A stretch of 64,000 bases of DNA from Octopus sinensis. Taxonomy: Eukaryota. Location: positions 11,222,001 to 11,286,000 of the forward strand of contig NC_043017.1 in NCBI RefSeq assembly GCF_006345805.1, read 5' to 3'. Of the stretch, positions 29,210-43,296 are shown piece after piece (the first letter of the stretch is position 1; each line of letters starts with the position of its first letter). The position numbers were made by a program, and so were the translations under genes. The notes beneath the pieces are model-generated. The model had not been told where the DNA came from, ran no database searches, and saw only the letters and a program-made list of their open reading frames with translations.

Positions 29210-29612
29210 ATAAAATTATCAACCATCTTACAAACAATAACTCTGAGCAACTTTTCAAACTCCACCCGTCTAACACCCGTGGACATATTTACAAAGTCAG
29301 AAAACAGCACAGCTCCCATGACTTCAGGAAACATTTTTTCACGCTGAGAGTTGCTGAAGCATGGAACAAACTGCCGGCATCAGTTGTTAGTTGTCGGAGC
29401 ACTGCATCCTTCAAAACTTCTATGCTTTCTGAGATTCGCCAACACTACACCTGATTTCCTCCCCTCCATACACACACAAGCATGTATCTGACTCATACAT
29501 TGTTCGCTTTCCAGACATTTGTACATTACTGCATATGCCTTATATGCACTTTCTGACAAGTTGTGGTGCACCTGAGCACTGTATACAATAATTTTATTAT
29601 TATTATTATTAT
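29210..29612 (+). mobile_element. CR1-type LINE 3' fragment
   Basis: translates NTRGHIYKVRKQHSSHDFRKHFFTLRVAEAWNKLPASVVSCRSTASFK, the CR1 ORF2 C-terminal pattern TRGH..K...R.HFF..RV...WN.LP..VV...FK; ends in (ATT)n. Confidence 0.85.
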
Positions 29613-29674
29613 CATTACAATCATACAATCATCATTATCATATGGTCATCGTATACAATTTCATTGCAAAACAG

Positions 29675-29895
29675 GCTCAGCACAGCTTAGCAGAATCCAA
29701 CCAAAAGCTGGAGCTGCTGGAAATATCCCTGAATCGGCGCCTTGAGGAGATGGAACCAAATTCAGCGCGTGCCCAACTGTTAAAAGCCGAGCTTCAAGCA
29801 TGCAGCCCCCAATCAGGAAACAAGGACAAACGAGTCATACAGTTTAACAGTAATTTCTCCAAAGCAGCAGCATTGACTGGGACCCTGGAAGTCAG
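29675..29895 (+). CDS. PKN: PKN exon, end of HR1c and start of C2-like domain (AQHSLAESNQKLELL...KAAALTGTLEVR)
   Basis: aaacAG acceptor, AG|GTCAGT donor; ALTGTLEVR is conserved in PKN proteins; phase 0 to 2. Confidence 0.95.
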
Positions 29896-30560
29896 GTCAG
29901 TCTTTTATTTGATTATTATCCTTTGTTTTTACTTGTTTCAGTCATTTGACTGTGGCCATGCTGGGGCATCGCCTTAGTTTTCTATTTTTTTTTAGTTGAA
30001 CTAACTAACCCCAATAATTTTTTTTGTTTTTTTTGTTTTTTCTTTTTTCCCTCAAAGTCTGATATTTCACCTATCTTTACATTTTGAGTTCAAATTCTGA
30101 CGAGGTCAATTTGCCTTTCATCTCTTTGGGGTCAATGAAATGAGCAGTAGTTGAGCACTGGGGTTGATGTAATTGATCAGTCCCTTGCTCAAAATTTCAG
30201 ACCTTGTGCCTATAAAAGAAAGAATTATTATTGGCACGTAAAAAGCACCATCCGACCGTGGCCGCTCGCCAGCCCCATCTGGCACGTAAAAAGCACCCAC
30301 TACACTCACGGAGTGGTTGGCGTTAGGAAGGGCATCCAGCTGTAGAAACATCGCCAGATCAGACTGGGCCTGGTGTAGCCTTCTGGCTTCCCAGACCCCA
30401 GTTGAACCGTCCAACCCATGCTAGCATGGAGAATGGACATTAAACGATGATGATGAGAAGTAGGGATGGTGGGCACATTTCTTTCTTTCTTCTGGTTGCC
30501 TGCAAATGAATTCTGTTATTTATTTACCTGGGTTTTTTTTTTTTTTTTTTTTCTTTGTAG

Positions 30561-30727
30561 ACTGGTTGGATGTCAAGACCTTCTGGAAGATATTCCTGGA
30601 CGTACGAGAAGAGATTCTTTACAGCTTATGTTTTCCAGCCCAGGTGAGAGTCGTAGTCTCTTACGTGGTGGCAAGACAGGCAAAAGCAATAGTAAAACGT
30701 ATAGTATAAAAGATGAAAATTTGTCAA
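30561..30727 (+). CDS. PKN: PKN exon, C2-like strand plus variable loop (LVGCQDLLEDIPGR...DENLS)
   Basis: poly-T ttgtAG acceptor, A|GTGAGT donor; AG|A gives R then LVGCQDLLE.IPGR as in PKN; phase 2 to 1. Confidence 0.95.
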
Positions 30728-33700
30728 GTGAGTATTCACGTCCTGGGAGATGTCCTTCACTTAGCATGAGATCCTTTAGCCTATTATATATATATATACA
30801 TATTATATAACATAATAACACTGTACTATAAAAACCATAGCTTTAATTAACAGCAGGAAATTACCACTAAACCCTATCGTGCTTCTTACAATGATGATTT
30901 AACAAACTAATAAAATCATAGATGAAGTCATTGATTATGTAAGAGACTGAGAGAGCGTGAGAGAATATATTTGCATTTTAATAACTAATTATTAAGACTT
31001 TGCATTTTAGCAAGTAATTATAATTAAGTGTTTGCACATTGATAACTAACTTTTACTGACATATTTTTTTACCTTCTCTATTTTTGTCTCTTCTTCCTCC
31101 TATGAGCTTTCCTTCCCACTGCTCTGATATTTCCTAAGTCTCAGTCCCCTAATGTTTTGAATGTCTATTCACCTCTTTAATAATCTATCATTATTATTAT
31201 CATTATTATTATTATTGGGTTATATATTTATTTAGCAAAACAGTTTTAAATCTGTGATGTATAGTTCATAAACATATCTTGTTGATCTGACCATAATGAT
31301 CTTAGTCTCTTCGTGTTTTGTATGTCTCTTCAATTTTGCAATAATAATTATTATTGTTACTAATATTATTATTATTATTAGGTTATATATTTATTTAGCG
31401 AAACAGTTTTAAATCTGTGATGGTCTACAGTCCATAAACACAGCACCTTGAAGACCTGACCTTAATGATCTTAGCCGATGACCTCATCTTGTAACCCAGC
31501 ACTTCAGCCATGCATCAGCACAACCCCAGTCTGCACTTGGTCCTTAAACCCATCACCTTGACCATTCAACCAACTGTCCACACTTTACAGCCAATGTCTC
31601 GTCTCAGTATGACCTTAAATTTCAGTTAGGAATGATCTCTTTTTCTATTTTTTCCTTTTTTTTTCTCTTTTGCAATATGCAACTAGGACAGGAAAAGATC
31701 TTGGTTAACACAGATACATACACACACAAATATATATATTTATATTGTATGTTCTTTTATGTATGGCAGTATGAATTATTGATCATGTACCTTGTGAAAT
31801 CATGTACTGGAAAAAAATTAACACTAGATGGCTATAATCACAATCTCTATAAGTGTGAAACCGGTGTCTGACCACTGGTATGATGAAAAATTTCAATAAG
31901 CAAATTTTAACCGTTTAGCATTCAGATATTCCTCTGTCAAATGTAATGCCTATTTATTCACGTAATTTCAAGATTTTGAGTTGTTTATTTTTAGAATGAC
32001 ATTGAAGAGTGGGTGTGAGAGGCTGGATCTGACTGATTTTGATATAAAGCAGGAAGAATGTTTGAGCTAGAGAAGGCCAGTTCAAATGCTGAAGGGTTAA
32101 ATGAAAGATGTACTGGAGAACTTGTATAAAAAAAGACATTTACATAAAATATTTCGTTTTTATATTTAGTTTGCAAGATTCTTGATGTGAACTTGTGTGT
32201 TGGAACAGATTTTGTTGTATCTGGGTGTGGGGAGTCATTGTGCCAATAATAGACACACATACAGATTGTATGTTTGTTTGTTATTGTGTATGTGTGTGCA
32301 CGTATTTTTTTTGTGGGGTGGGGCATTGAAATAAGTACCAGTCAAATACTGGGGTTGATGTAATCCTCCTCCTCCTCCTCCAAAACTGTTGGCTCTGTGC
32401 CAAATTTGGAACCCTTATTGTGTGGATGTTCATTATAGGTATTGAAATTTACATCAAAACAAACTGGGAAATAGTTATTGAAATTAAAATAAAATAAAAT
32501 AAAATAAAATAAAGTAGCAGGGCAAATTACCATCCTGAAGCATTCTGTTGGGGCATGGGGCCTATTGTTTGTAAACTGGTATGGTCTTGGAAAATCAAGA
32601 CATGTGGACATCACATTCTAAAGTCATTTCTTAATCAGCTTAAATGATAAGCTGCCTAGAACTGCTAAACTATTGCGCGTTGTCGGGCGTCACCGTTTGC
32701 ATTGCGGTAGTAGCACGTCCACCTCCCGGTCGTTTCGGCCCGCACAGTTCCACCGAGGGTGCTCTTCGCCGAGTGTCCGAGGCGGCCGGTACGTTCACAC
32801 AGGGATGAGGTTTCTGCTTGTTCAGTGGTCTCCAGTCCCCAACAAACCAACCATGATACATTCTGAGCATTCGATAACTGAACATGATCTGCATTACATG
32901 ACTTTATAAAGGCTGTGGCTGCAGGCAATGAAGCTCTCGCCGTTCCACAAGTTCATCGGAGTCTGTTCAGGCACTTCCATAGGGGTTGTGCAACATCTGA
33001 TATGACAGATAAATAGAGGATGTCAGTAAAATATTCAGTGCCTAACAAGACTGGTGAAGGAGGCTAATTTTAGGGGTTATATATATATATTAAAAGAATA
33101 GTTATCTGTCTGTAATTAGATTTAATTAATGCTGCTTGTGCTAGCTAGCTAGCTTGGTATAATTAACTTTAATTATAGGCTGTGTTTGCTCTGGAAGAAG
33201 CATCCCTCCCCATCCTAAAATAAGTAAAAAAAAAAAAGGCCTCCAAAGTCATGGTTCGGGATGAGTGGCAGGATGTTAGAGAAGTGTTAATATGGCAACA
33301 AAAAATAACAACAGCTGAAAAAAAAAGTGTTGCTTTAATAGTAAAGATAAACTGTACGGGAGGATGCATGTGTTTGAACGTCTGTTGATGGACGAGACCA
33401 CACGTGCATAGAGTAAGCACAAAACCACCCACTTCTACCACCACCACCACCACCACTGCTGCTGCTGCTGGGGGAATGGTGTATATCGCATTTGATGGCA
33501 CAAAGGACACATGGGCATATTTGATCTGCCCCAATTTCAGGAACATATACTCAGGGATAAAAAAAGTCTTTAGTGCCTTAAAGCATGTTTGTATATTGAA
33601 CCCAAAGGGGACGTTTTTGAGACATTCTTTTGGAGGAAAATTATATCTCAGATGCCTTCAAATATGGTAACCAGGTGGATGTAGAGGAAGTGTGAAGAGA

Positions 33701-35665
33701 AATTTAAGACTCCACTTTTGTTTTGCTTTGTTTTCTTAACTTCCTGACTGACCAAAGCATTTTCCATAAGCTTGTCCTAAACATCCGTGATTGTTTTCAG
33801 TCTTTTAGTTAGGCCTTGCTTCATATGTTCTTAGTAAAATTAGGCTTTCCCTTTTTAAGTCCCAAATTAATCTGGTGGTTGAGAAAAAAATAACTGGAAA
33901 CGTGTCTCATATATGGTTAGAGACATCTTAGCAGCATCATACGCCCCCCCCCCCAAGGAAATCAAAGCACTGAGCGATATGGTGTTTATTGATTGACAGG
34001 ATACATAGATCAGAATTGGGACCCTAAATCCGTGAGGCCTCCAGACAACAGCCCAGTGTGCTCATGTCTTAAGACGGCCCTTTATATGAGGGTACATGGA
34101 TGCCAGGGAAATATGTCCTGGGTATCACATGTCACACACAGGACTGACATGGAGATTTTGGTCCATGGCACATCAGCATGAAAATGAAATATTTAAATGA
34201 ATGCTATGGATCAATCCCATTCTACTACTTGCTGGTTGTCCAGACATTTGCAGTGGGAGGTGGAGAATATATTAAAGTGAATGGGTGTGTGTGTATAACT
34301 AATACTGAAGGGCAGTTCTTAGAACTATTTAATGAATTTGAATCTTAGAAAATTAGGTTTTACAAAGTGAAAATGGAGAGGTTTAGAAGTTGGTGATAAA
34401 AGGCTGAGAGGGAGATCATATCATGTAAGGGCTTTTGATGTTGGTATTTTTGGCTGACATAATTACAGTTGTTATTATTTATTTGTAGCTGGTCATTATT
34501 TGTTATCTGTTTAGAGTGATGAGTAACTAACTGTAGCAATTATCAATCGTTGTGGTAAGTTAGAATGGTCACTAGAATGTGTTAGGGTCAGCGATTGCCT
34601 CTTTTGACCTGAATCAGTGTTGGAAATATATTAACGATAAAATGTGAAAACTGAACTCTATGTTGGTGTACTGTAAGATAAAGTGAGCACTACATGCTTA
34701 TATATGCACACACACACACTTACATACATACATACATGTACACACACACACCATTTATCTTTTACTTCTTTCAGTCATTGAATTGCAGCCATGCTGGAGC
34801 ACCACCTTGATGGTTCCAGTTCAACAAACTGACCCCAGTACTTCTTACAAACCTGGTACTCATTCAGTCAGTCTGTTTTGCTGAACTGCTAAGGGATGTA
34901 AACAAACCATCATCGATTGTCAAGCAAAGGCTGGAACAAATACACACACATATGTATATATACACAATAGGCTTCTTTCAGTTTCCACCTATGAAATTCA
35001 CTCACAAGGCATTGGTCAGCCTGGTTCTCTATAAGCAGACCCTTCCCCAAGGTACTGCAGAGTGGGACTGAACCCAAGACCACGTGGCTGCAAAAGCAGC
35101 TCTTTTGATATAAGATCGTACGGATTACTATATTGTTCAAGGCTGTCTGTTGTGATGTGCCTTCCAGGCTTTTCTCTTTTTGATATGGGGTGACAAAAAT
35201 AACGACTATAATTAGTAGGTTAATGACAGTGAGAGTTAGCATGAATCAGAGTGGAAAATATTTGTATGAGAGAATGGAAGAAAGATGGGCTGTAAGCTGG
35301 TGGGTTCTGGAGAGCAGAGACAATTGTATGTGACTGAGAGTGTGTGTGTGTGTGACTGTATGTATGTGTATATGCACACAGAACTAGACCTCAATTATCC
35401 AAAGGAGATAAGTAGAGGAGTATATGCATGTGTGTGTAATGCGTATGTATGTGTACAGGTGTGTATGTATAAGTGTGTGTGTGTGTGTATTTCATGCGTA
35501 TTTCAAGCATACAAGGGAAAAGTCGACTGACTTTGAAGCTTTGGCTTGATTGCCTTCTTGAGATCATTTGATGAAGATGAGTAATCGAATCCGGGTTGAA
35601 CCAGCCTATGATTAAAAATGTTCCAGAGTGAACCTTTGGGTCTGTTTATATATTGAAACATCAAC

Positions 35666-35748
<83 letters not shown>

Positions 35749-36949
35749 GTTTCCTTTTCCTTATTTTGTCTTAATGATAGCAAGATGTAATCTGAGGAGT
35801 GATATTGGTTGTTGTTTCTAGCTGCTTGCTTGAATGACCACCTAGAGTTTCCCTTCCTGGTTTGGGTTTTCCTCATACACAATCTTGTTGTTGTTGTTTA
35901 GACCTGGGTCAGTTCTGACTGAGAAGAAACCTGTTATTATCTCACTGGCTTCCTAATCCAATGGCACTCATTTACAACTATTGAAGGATATCAAAGCAAA
36001 TAGATACAGACACACATTGTCATCAATTATTAATGTCCATGTTCTATTGTCGCATGAATTGGATGATTTTCTCTAGAGTCTTGCTCTGGCATGGTTTTTA
36101 CAGCTGGGTGCCCTTCCCAACACCAACCACATTATAGGATATAGTGGTTACATTTAAAAAAAAATTTTTTTGTACCACTGGCACTAGTGAGATTGCCGTG
36201 CAGTTTGCAGGACTACAAAACTTGTGTCAGGATGGGAGTGGAACAGCTTTATGTAACGGGCTACTGAGAGTTTCTGTCTACCAAATCCATTCACAAGGCT
36301 TTGGGCAGCCTGGAGCTATAGAAGAAGACACTCGCCCAAGGTTCCATACAGTGGGACCAAACCCAGGACCATATGGTTGAGAGGATTACTACTGTATAGG
36401 GCCACTTGATATATTTTCTGAGTAAACAACAATAGTGTTTTGGGTTGTAAGCACTGTATGTTCTCTGTCATGCATGACTGTATCATCATGTTGTATGGTG
36501 TCCATTCATGCATGACTTCTTTCTCATTCTGTGTCACTCTGAGAAGTCTATTTGTGTGTATCTTCTAATCTATGTTGATGTTCTTGTTGTTTAGTTCAAG
36601 GTTTGCTTTGACTTTGTAAAAGTATTCTATTTATGACTAAAACCATTTCAGGCCCTTTATTGGTTTTCTGTTTGGTGGTGGTGGGACAAACCACAGACAG
36701 CATTATTGAATATGTCACTCCCTTTTCAAGATGGTAGGATGCAATTTAAAGATTTGGCTACTATTTCTAACCTCTAGTCAAGTGACCTTGTAGAAACTTC
36801 ATTGTTAGTAGTTGGGGATTCTTTTATATCTGTATCTGGTTGATGTGTGTGTGTGTGTGTGCTATAGTTTTATTTCTGAAATTACCTGACATAAATCAAT
36901 GTTTCGAATTTTTTCCCTAAACTACACTTTCATTTTCCATTCTAATAAT

Positions 36950-37337
36950 GGAATGGAAGCACTCCGTTGGTTACGACGATGAGGGTTCCGGTTGATCCAA
37001 ATCAACGGAACAGCCTGCTCGTGAAATTAACATGTAAGTGGCTGAGCACTCCACAGACACGTGTACCCTTAACATAGTTCTCGGGGATATTCAGCGTGAC
37101 ACAGAGAGTGACAAGGCCGGCCCTTTGAAATACAGGTACAACAGAAACAGGAAGTAAGAGTGAGAGAAAATTGTGGTGAAAGAGTACAGCGGGGATCACC
37201 ACCAACCCTGCCGGAGCTTCGTGGAGCTTTAGGTGTTTTCGCTCAATAAACACTCACAACGCCCGGTCTGGGAATCGAAACCGCGATCCTACGACCGCGA
37301 GTCCGCTGCCCTAACCACTGGGCCATTGCGCCTCCAC
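36950..37337 (-). mobile_element. tRNA-derived SINE family D, full length
   Basis: minus-strand head GGAGGCGCAATGGCCCAGTGGTTAGGGCAGCGGACTCG...GGTTTCGATTCC; flanking CATTCTAAT(A/G)AT direct repeat; related copy at about 63209-63490(+). Confidence 0.8.
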
Positions 37338-39164
37338 ATTCTAATGATACAGCAGTGGAGGTAGCAAAGCATAGGTCTGTGATTTGAGAAAACTTATCTT
37401 GGGGAACAATAGGGACCATGGAATGAAGAGAGACAGTTGGAATGGTGATAGTAGTAGTAGTAAATTTTGTTATACTGTATTATTAGCAACTATAATAATA
37501 ATTCTTTCTACTATAGGCATGAAGCCTAAAATTCTCAAGGAGTGGCTAGTCAATTACATCGACCCCAGAGCTCAACTGGTACTTACTTTATCGACCCTGA
37601 AAGGATGAAAGGCAAAGTCACCTTCAGCAAAATACCTAACAATATCCTGCTTGTTTTTACATTCTAAGTTCAAATCTTGCCAAAGCCAACTTCAACTTTT
37701 ATTCTTTCAGGGTCAATAACATAAAGTAATGGTCAAGTACTCAGGTCGATGCAATTGATTCTCCGCTCCCCAAAAACTTTCAGGCCTTCTACCTAGAGTA
37801 GAAACAATTATTATTATTCCCCATTCTGTTTTTTCCTTATGTCTTTGATGATGTTTATTCTAGGTTTATATTCTTTAGTAAAGTCTTCTGCTTGTTGTTG
37901 TTGTTGTTGGAAAGTCTGTCTTCGCTGGCTGGTTCCTGTCTTTTGTTTTAGCTTCCTTCATTCTCTTCTTTATGTCTTTATCGATCTTCCTATGTTTTCT
38001 TACTTCCTTCTGTTTCAATCTTTGCTTTCCATGGAGGTGCATGGCTTAGTGGTTAGGGTGTTGGACTCGTGATCGTAAGATTGTGATTTCAATTCCTGAA
38101 TCGGGTGACACATGGTGTTCTTGATCAAACCTCTTCATGTTGCTTTAGTTCACTCAGCTGGCAAAAATGAATGGTACCTGTGATGGACCAGTGTCCCATC
38201 CAGCAGGAGCATATATATATCATCATCATCATCATCGTTTAACGTCCGTTTTCTGCGCTAGCACGGGTTGGACGGTTCGACCGGGGTCTGGGAAGCCAGA
38301 AGGCTGCACCAGGCCCAGTCTGATCTGGCAGTGTTTCTACAGCTGGATGCCCTTCCTAACGCCAACCACTCTGCGAGTGTAGTGGGTGCTTTTTACGTGC
38401 CACTGGCACAGGTGCCAGGGGAGTCTGGCAGCGGCCACGATTGGTTGGTGCTTATATATATATATATATATATATGTAAGAAAATCCAGGAAACCAACCT
38501 GAGGAGTTTACATGACTCGGGAAGGGGCTTTATCCTTTATTCTTTTAATCTTAGCTTTCTGTACTTTTCTTTTCTCTATCTCTCTCTCTCTCATGCACAT
38601 CCACCCATATACCCACCTCCCCTGTACATCCAAAATCTAGTTTGCCAGCAATGGTTTAGGTTTATGACTGCTTACCCCCTTCTCCCTCCTAGAACTCCAC
38701 CTCCTGTCTTTACTGTCACAGTTTTGTATGTGTTTGTGGTATAAGTCTCAAGGCCTTCTTCAAACAGGAGTACGGTGTGTGTATGGGTGTATGTAATTTT
38801 GTGTAAATTTGTGTGTGTGTATATGTAAATGTCTATGTGTTTAGATTATTATGTTACTGGTAGGTTGTGGTGTGAACTTGTACCGAGAGACTCTCCTCGG
38901 CTTGTATGGATCATTGTTGTCAGTGAGTGAATCTGTGTGAATGTTCTCCTCTTAATGTCGGAGACTAAATAACGTAAACAACATAACACCATGAAGTCAG
39001 AAGCTTTAATATAAATATACCAACATTTATTGCTTCTTCATTGCTACCTTTTTCTCTCTCTCCCTCTATCCTACACCAGGTGTTTCATGCTTCAGTGCAT
39101 CTCCTACACACACACACACCCACACCCACAGTCTTGCGCATTCTCTGTCTGTCTGTCTCTCTTT

Positions 39165-39203
<39 letters not shown>

Positions 39204-39779
39204 GCACACACACACATCTATGCAGTCAGTACAGCTGCACCCTGTACACTTTTATTACTGTCAAATGAGAGATACCACTATTAATTCTATTTATTGTACC
39301 TGTGTAGGGGGTGGGGGATCTTTTATTTTGTCTTTGTTTACTTGTAGAACACCCTCTGTCTCCACCCCCCACCCCCACCACCCTCCTTCTCTCTTTCTCT
39401 CTCTCTCTCTCTCTCTGTTCTTGTTAATTGTCTTGGGGCAGAGATGCAGCTAACTTTTCTGTAACCTAAGAGAAATAAATAAAAAAAAACTGTCTTTCTC
39501 TCTTTCTCTTTGTGAATGTTTGTCTCTTTTGTGTAGATGTCTTCTTCTTTTCTCTGTCTGTCTGTCTCTCTCTCTGTTTGTGACTTTCGCTTCGGCAGTT
39601 TTCTCTATTTCTGCCTCTACGTCTTTTGTCTTTCTGTGTCTCTTTCTCTCTCTCAGTCTCTCTCTCCTACTCCTGATGCATCTACCATTATTTGCACTAC
39701 ACTACTGTCCACACACACACACATATATCTACACTGATTTACTTCCTAAATATAACTGAAAGATAACCTATTATTCCAG

Positions 39780-39807
39780 TACATATATGTGTTAGTATAT
39801 ACGTATG

Positions 39808-39889
<82 letters not shown>

Positions 39890-39893
39890 GTAT

Positions 39894-39938
<45 letters not shown>

Positions 39939-40056
39939 TTATATATATATATATATTATATATATATATATAGTATATATATATACACATACATGCGTGT
40001 GTATATTTGTGTGGGTATATATATAAGTATGTATGTATTTGTGTGTATGTCTATAA

Positions 40057-40087
<31 letters not shown>

Positions 40088-40137
40088 CACATACATGCGT
40101 ATGTATATTTGTGTGGGTATATATATATATAAGTATG

Positions 40138-40177
<40 letters not shown>

Positions 40178-40229
40178 CATACATGCGTGGGTATATATAT
40201 ATAAGTATGTATGTATATATGTATATATA

Positions 40230-40267
<38 letters not shown>

Positions 40268-40340
40268 CATGCGTGTGTATATTTGTGTGGGTATATATAT
40301 ATAAGTATGTATGTATTTGTGTGTATGTCTATAAATATGT
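39780..40340. repeat. TA-rich microsatellite with higher-order CATACATGCGTG...GTGGG units
   Basis: directly visible. Confidence 0.9.
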
Positions 40341-40464
40341 GCTTCTCTTAACATTCCCTTACACAATGATTAAAAAAAAAAAAGAATGGAAAAAAAATAT
40401 ATAAAGAGCCTAATTTTGTTGTTGCTGTTGTTATTGCTCTCAAATATTGTCAATAAAATTTTAG

Positions 40465-40545
40465 GTTCCACTGCATCGATTGAAATTGATGGAGCCGAAC
40501 AGATCAGCCTATTGTTTAAACAGTTGTTAGGAGAGGATATAAAAG
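40465..40545 (+). CDS. PKN: candidate 81-nt cassette exon of PKN ((S)STASIEIDGAEQISLLFKQLLGEDIK)
   Basis: attttAG acceptor, AAG|GTAAAT donor, length 3n, stop-free in the phase-1 frame required by the host intron, in non-repetitive sequence. Confidence 0.55.
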
Positions 40546-42918
40546 GTAAATCCAGCACGTAGACGACTACCAAGCAGCCCCCCCGTTGTAAGAATAGGAA
40601 TAGCAAAATTGTGCACTGCTGTAAAAGGGGTAGGTGGAAGGAGAAGGTGTACACACCCACACACACACACAGAGGCAAGCACCCCTGTATGATCACGTCT
40701 TTTAAACTCCTTTTGACAAACCAGCCTCATTTGCCTAAAGCCACCCTCTTGATTCTAACGTACATGACTGCCTGTTTTGAAATGTTCATATTTATTTATT
40801 CATTCATTTATTTATTTATTTATTAAAAACCATCCGTTTTTAATTCCATGTGAGAACTGTTAAAGCTATATTCCAGACATGAGTTTAATAATGGAAAAAA
40901 AAAAAAATAAATAAATGATTAAAAAGTTATTTTACTAAATTTGGTAATAACTTGATTACTGCTTTCATACTAAACTGAAACTTAAAGCGATGGTATCCCA
41001 TTATTAGAAATGTAATAACGAGCTATTAATTGTTCCCATAATTATGCATGAAGCTACAAGTTTATGTATTTTTATAATATATATATCATCTTCATCATCA
41101 TTGTCATCATCATCATCCTCATCATTGTTATTCTAATGTCTATTTTTCCATGCTTGCATGGCTCAGACAAGACTTGTTGAGGCAGAATATTCTGCAGTTA
41201 GCTGCTCTTCCTGTTGCCCTCTCCTCACCTGTTTTCGAGTGAGGTAATGTTTCCTGCTTGACCGTCAAACAGCATAAAAGCTCAAATGGCCAAACATGCT
41301 TCTCTGGAGGATTTGCAAACAAACAACAGACAAAACTTGTATGATGGTGACTTTGTTTACAAGCAGTGTACCATGTTTCAGAAGAAATGGGTATACACAT
41401 GCACACACACACACACACGTGCACAATAGGCTTCTTCCAGTTTCTGTGTGCTAAATTTCACTAACAAAGATCAACCTCCAACTATGGTAGAAGGCACCAG
41501 TTGGTGGTGTCCATTACAGTGGAAATGAACTCTGAACCTCATAGCTCCAAAGCAAATTTCTTAATCACACTGCCACTTTACCCACTGTCATCATCATTAG
41601 CTTTACGTCCATTTTTCCATGCTTGCATGTGTTTGAGGGAGTTTTATCGAGGCAGATTTTCTACAGCCGGATGCCCTTCCTGTCACTAACACTCATCTGT
41701 TTCCCAAGTGAGGTAATATTTCCCCATGACTGGACATGCTCTCTCAGAATACGCAAAATGAATGGCACTGCTTGTATGATAGTAACACTCGATTACAGCT
41801 ACTACACTTTGTGAAGACAAGGAGACACATACGCACGCGCTCACACACACGACAAGCCTTTCCAGTTTCCATCTACCAAATCCACTCACAAGGATTTGGA
41901 ACCTGAAACCAAATTCTTACAAAGCAAACCTCTCCCCCTTTGCAGCCTGTCCCATGCCTGTTATATATTTCCATAAATCCATCTAGACTGTCTGAGTTAA
42001 TTCAACTTTGTTTATTTGGGAAGTGAAAGTCTAAGAGAAAAATAAATGATTGTTTTCAAAATTTTTAATTAGATAATAATTATGTCAGTAAAATTATCAT
42101 CAACATCATCATTGTCATTAGTATTATTATCATTATCTTCTTTCAATTTTGTTTCCATTTCTTGCTGAGTGTCTTCCTGACACATTATTATTATTATTAT
42201 AAGTGTAGCGGGCTGGCAGAACCATTACTCTGCTAGACGTAATTCTATGTGATATTTCTTGTCTTTACATTCTGAGTTCAAATTCCACTGGGGTCAACTT
42301 TGCCTTTCATCCTTTTGGGGTCGGTGAAATAAATCCCAGTTGTGCACTGGGGTTGATGTCATCACCTGACCCCACTCTCCCAAAGTTGCAAGCCTTGTGC
42401 CTCTAATCAAAAGGATTATTATTATTATTGTTTTCATGCTAGGCAAAATGCTTAGCAGTATTTCATGCACCTTTATGTCCTGAATTGAAATTCTGCCAAG
42501 GTCCATCTTTTTGGGCTCAATGCAGTAAGTACCAGTTATGCACTGGGGCATTGAATATTGGACTCTCTCCCTCCCCACACATTTCATGCCTTGTGCCTAT
42601 GGTAGAAAGGAGTATCGTTATTATTGTTACTATTAGTTAGTGTTGTTATTTAGGTCAGAATTAGTAAAGTGATGGACAAAAGGACCTTGACATATTTTGC
42701 TTGATTTTCAGTTGTCTGTCTCATTAAAAATGAAATTATTAGTTGATTACTGGGGTTGATTCATTTTACTAATTAATACCCCCTGTCTCTAAAAATTAGT
42801 GGTTTTTGTGCATATATTAGATTGCATCTATATCGTTACCTCATCATCATTATTGTTTATTACTATCATCCTTCATCATCATCATTATGATTACTGTTAT
42901 TATTATTTTAATTTTTAA

Positions 42919-42950
<32 letters not shown>

Positions 42951-43263
42951 TCAACTAATAGTATCTCTTGTGTGAATGAAAAAAATTAATTAAAATATAC
43001 TTGACAAATTGTTTAACAGAGCTAATTGTCTTCTTGCCATTGTTAAAGTTTTTTTTCTTCTTTTTCTTCTTATTGATGTTGTTTCACACGCTGTTTTAAA
43101 TGTGTTTGAAATAGTGTTTGTTTGTCTGTCTGTCTGTATGTCTCTCTTTGACTGACTGACTGTCGCGGTCGGGATATTTATTCGCAAAATACCAAAAAAA
43201 AAAAAAAAAAAACAAGTTTGATCTTCTCCTTGATAACTCACTGCACCCTGCTTTCAATTTCAG

Positions 43264-43296
43264 GTGGTGCACCCACAGAGTGTTGTGTTGACAATG
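43264..43296 (+). CDS. PKN: candidate 33-nt microexon of PKN (GAPTECCVDN)
   Basis: ctcactgcaccctgctttcaatttcAG acceptor, ATG|GTATGT donor, symmetric phase 1, stop-free. Confidence 0.65.

Noticed and set aside
31190-31475. Diverged ~165-bp tandem duplication
   Set aside because: Old local duplication with no coding or structural signal
37255-37337. tRNA-like sequence (also 63209-63285 and SINE A/B heads)
   Set aside because: Continues into a SINE body with tail and target duplication; not a stand-alone tRNA gene
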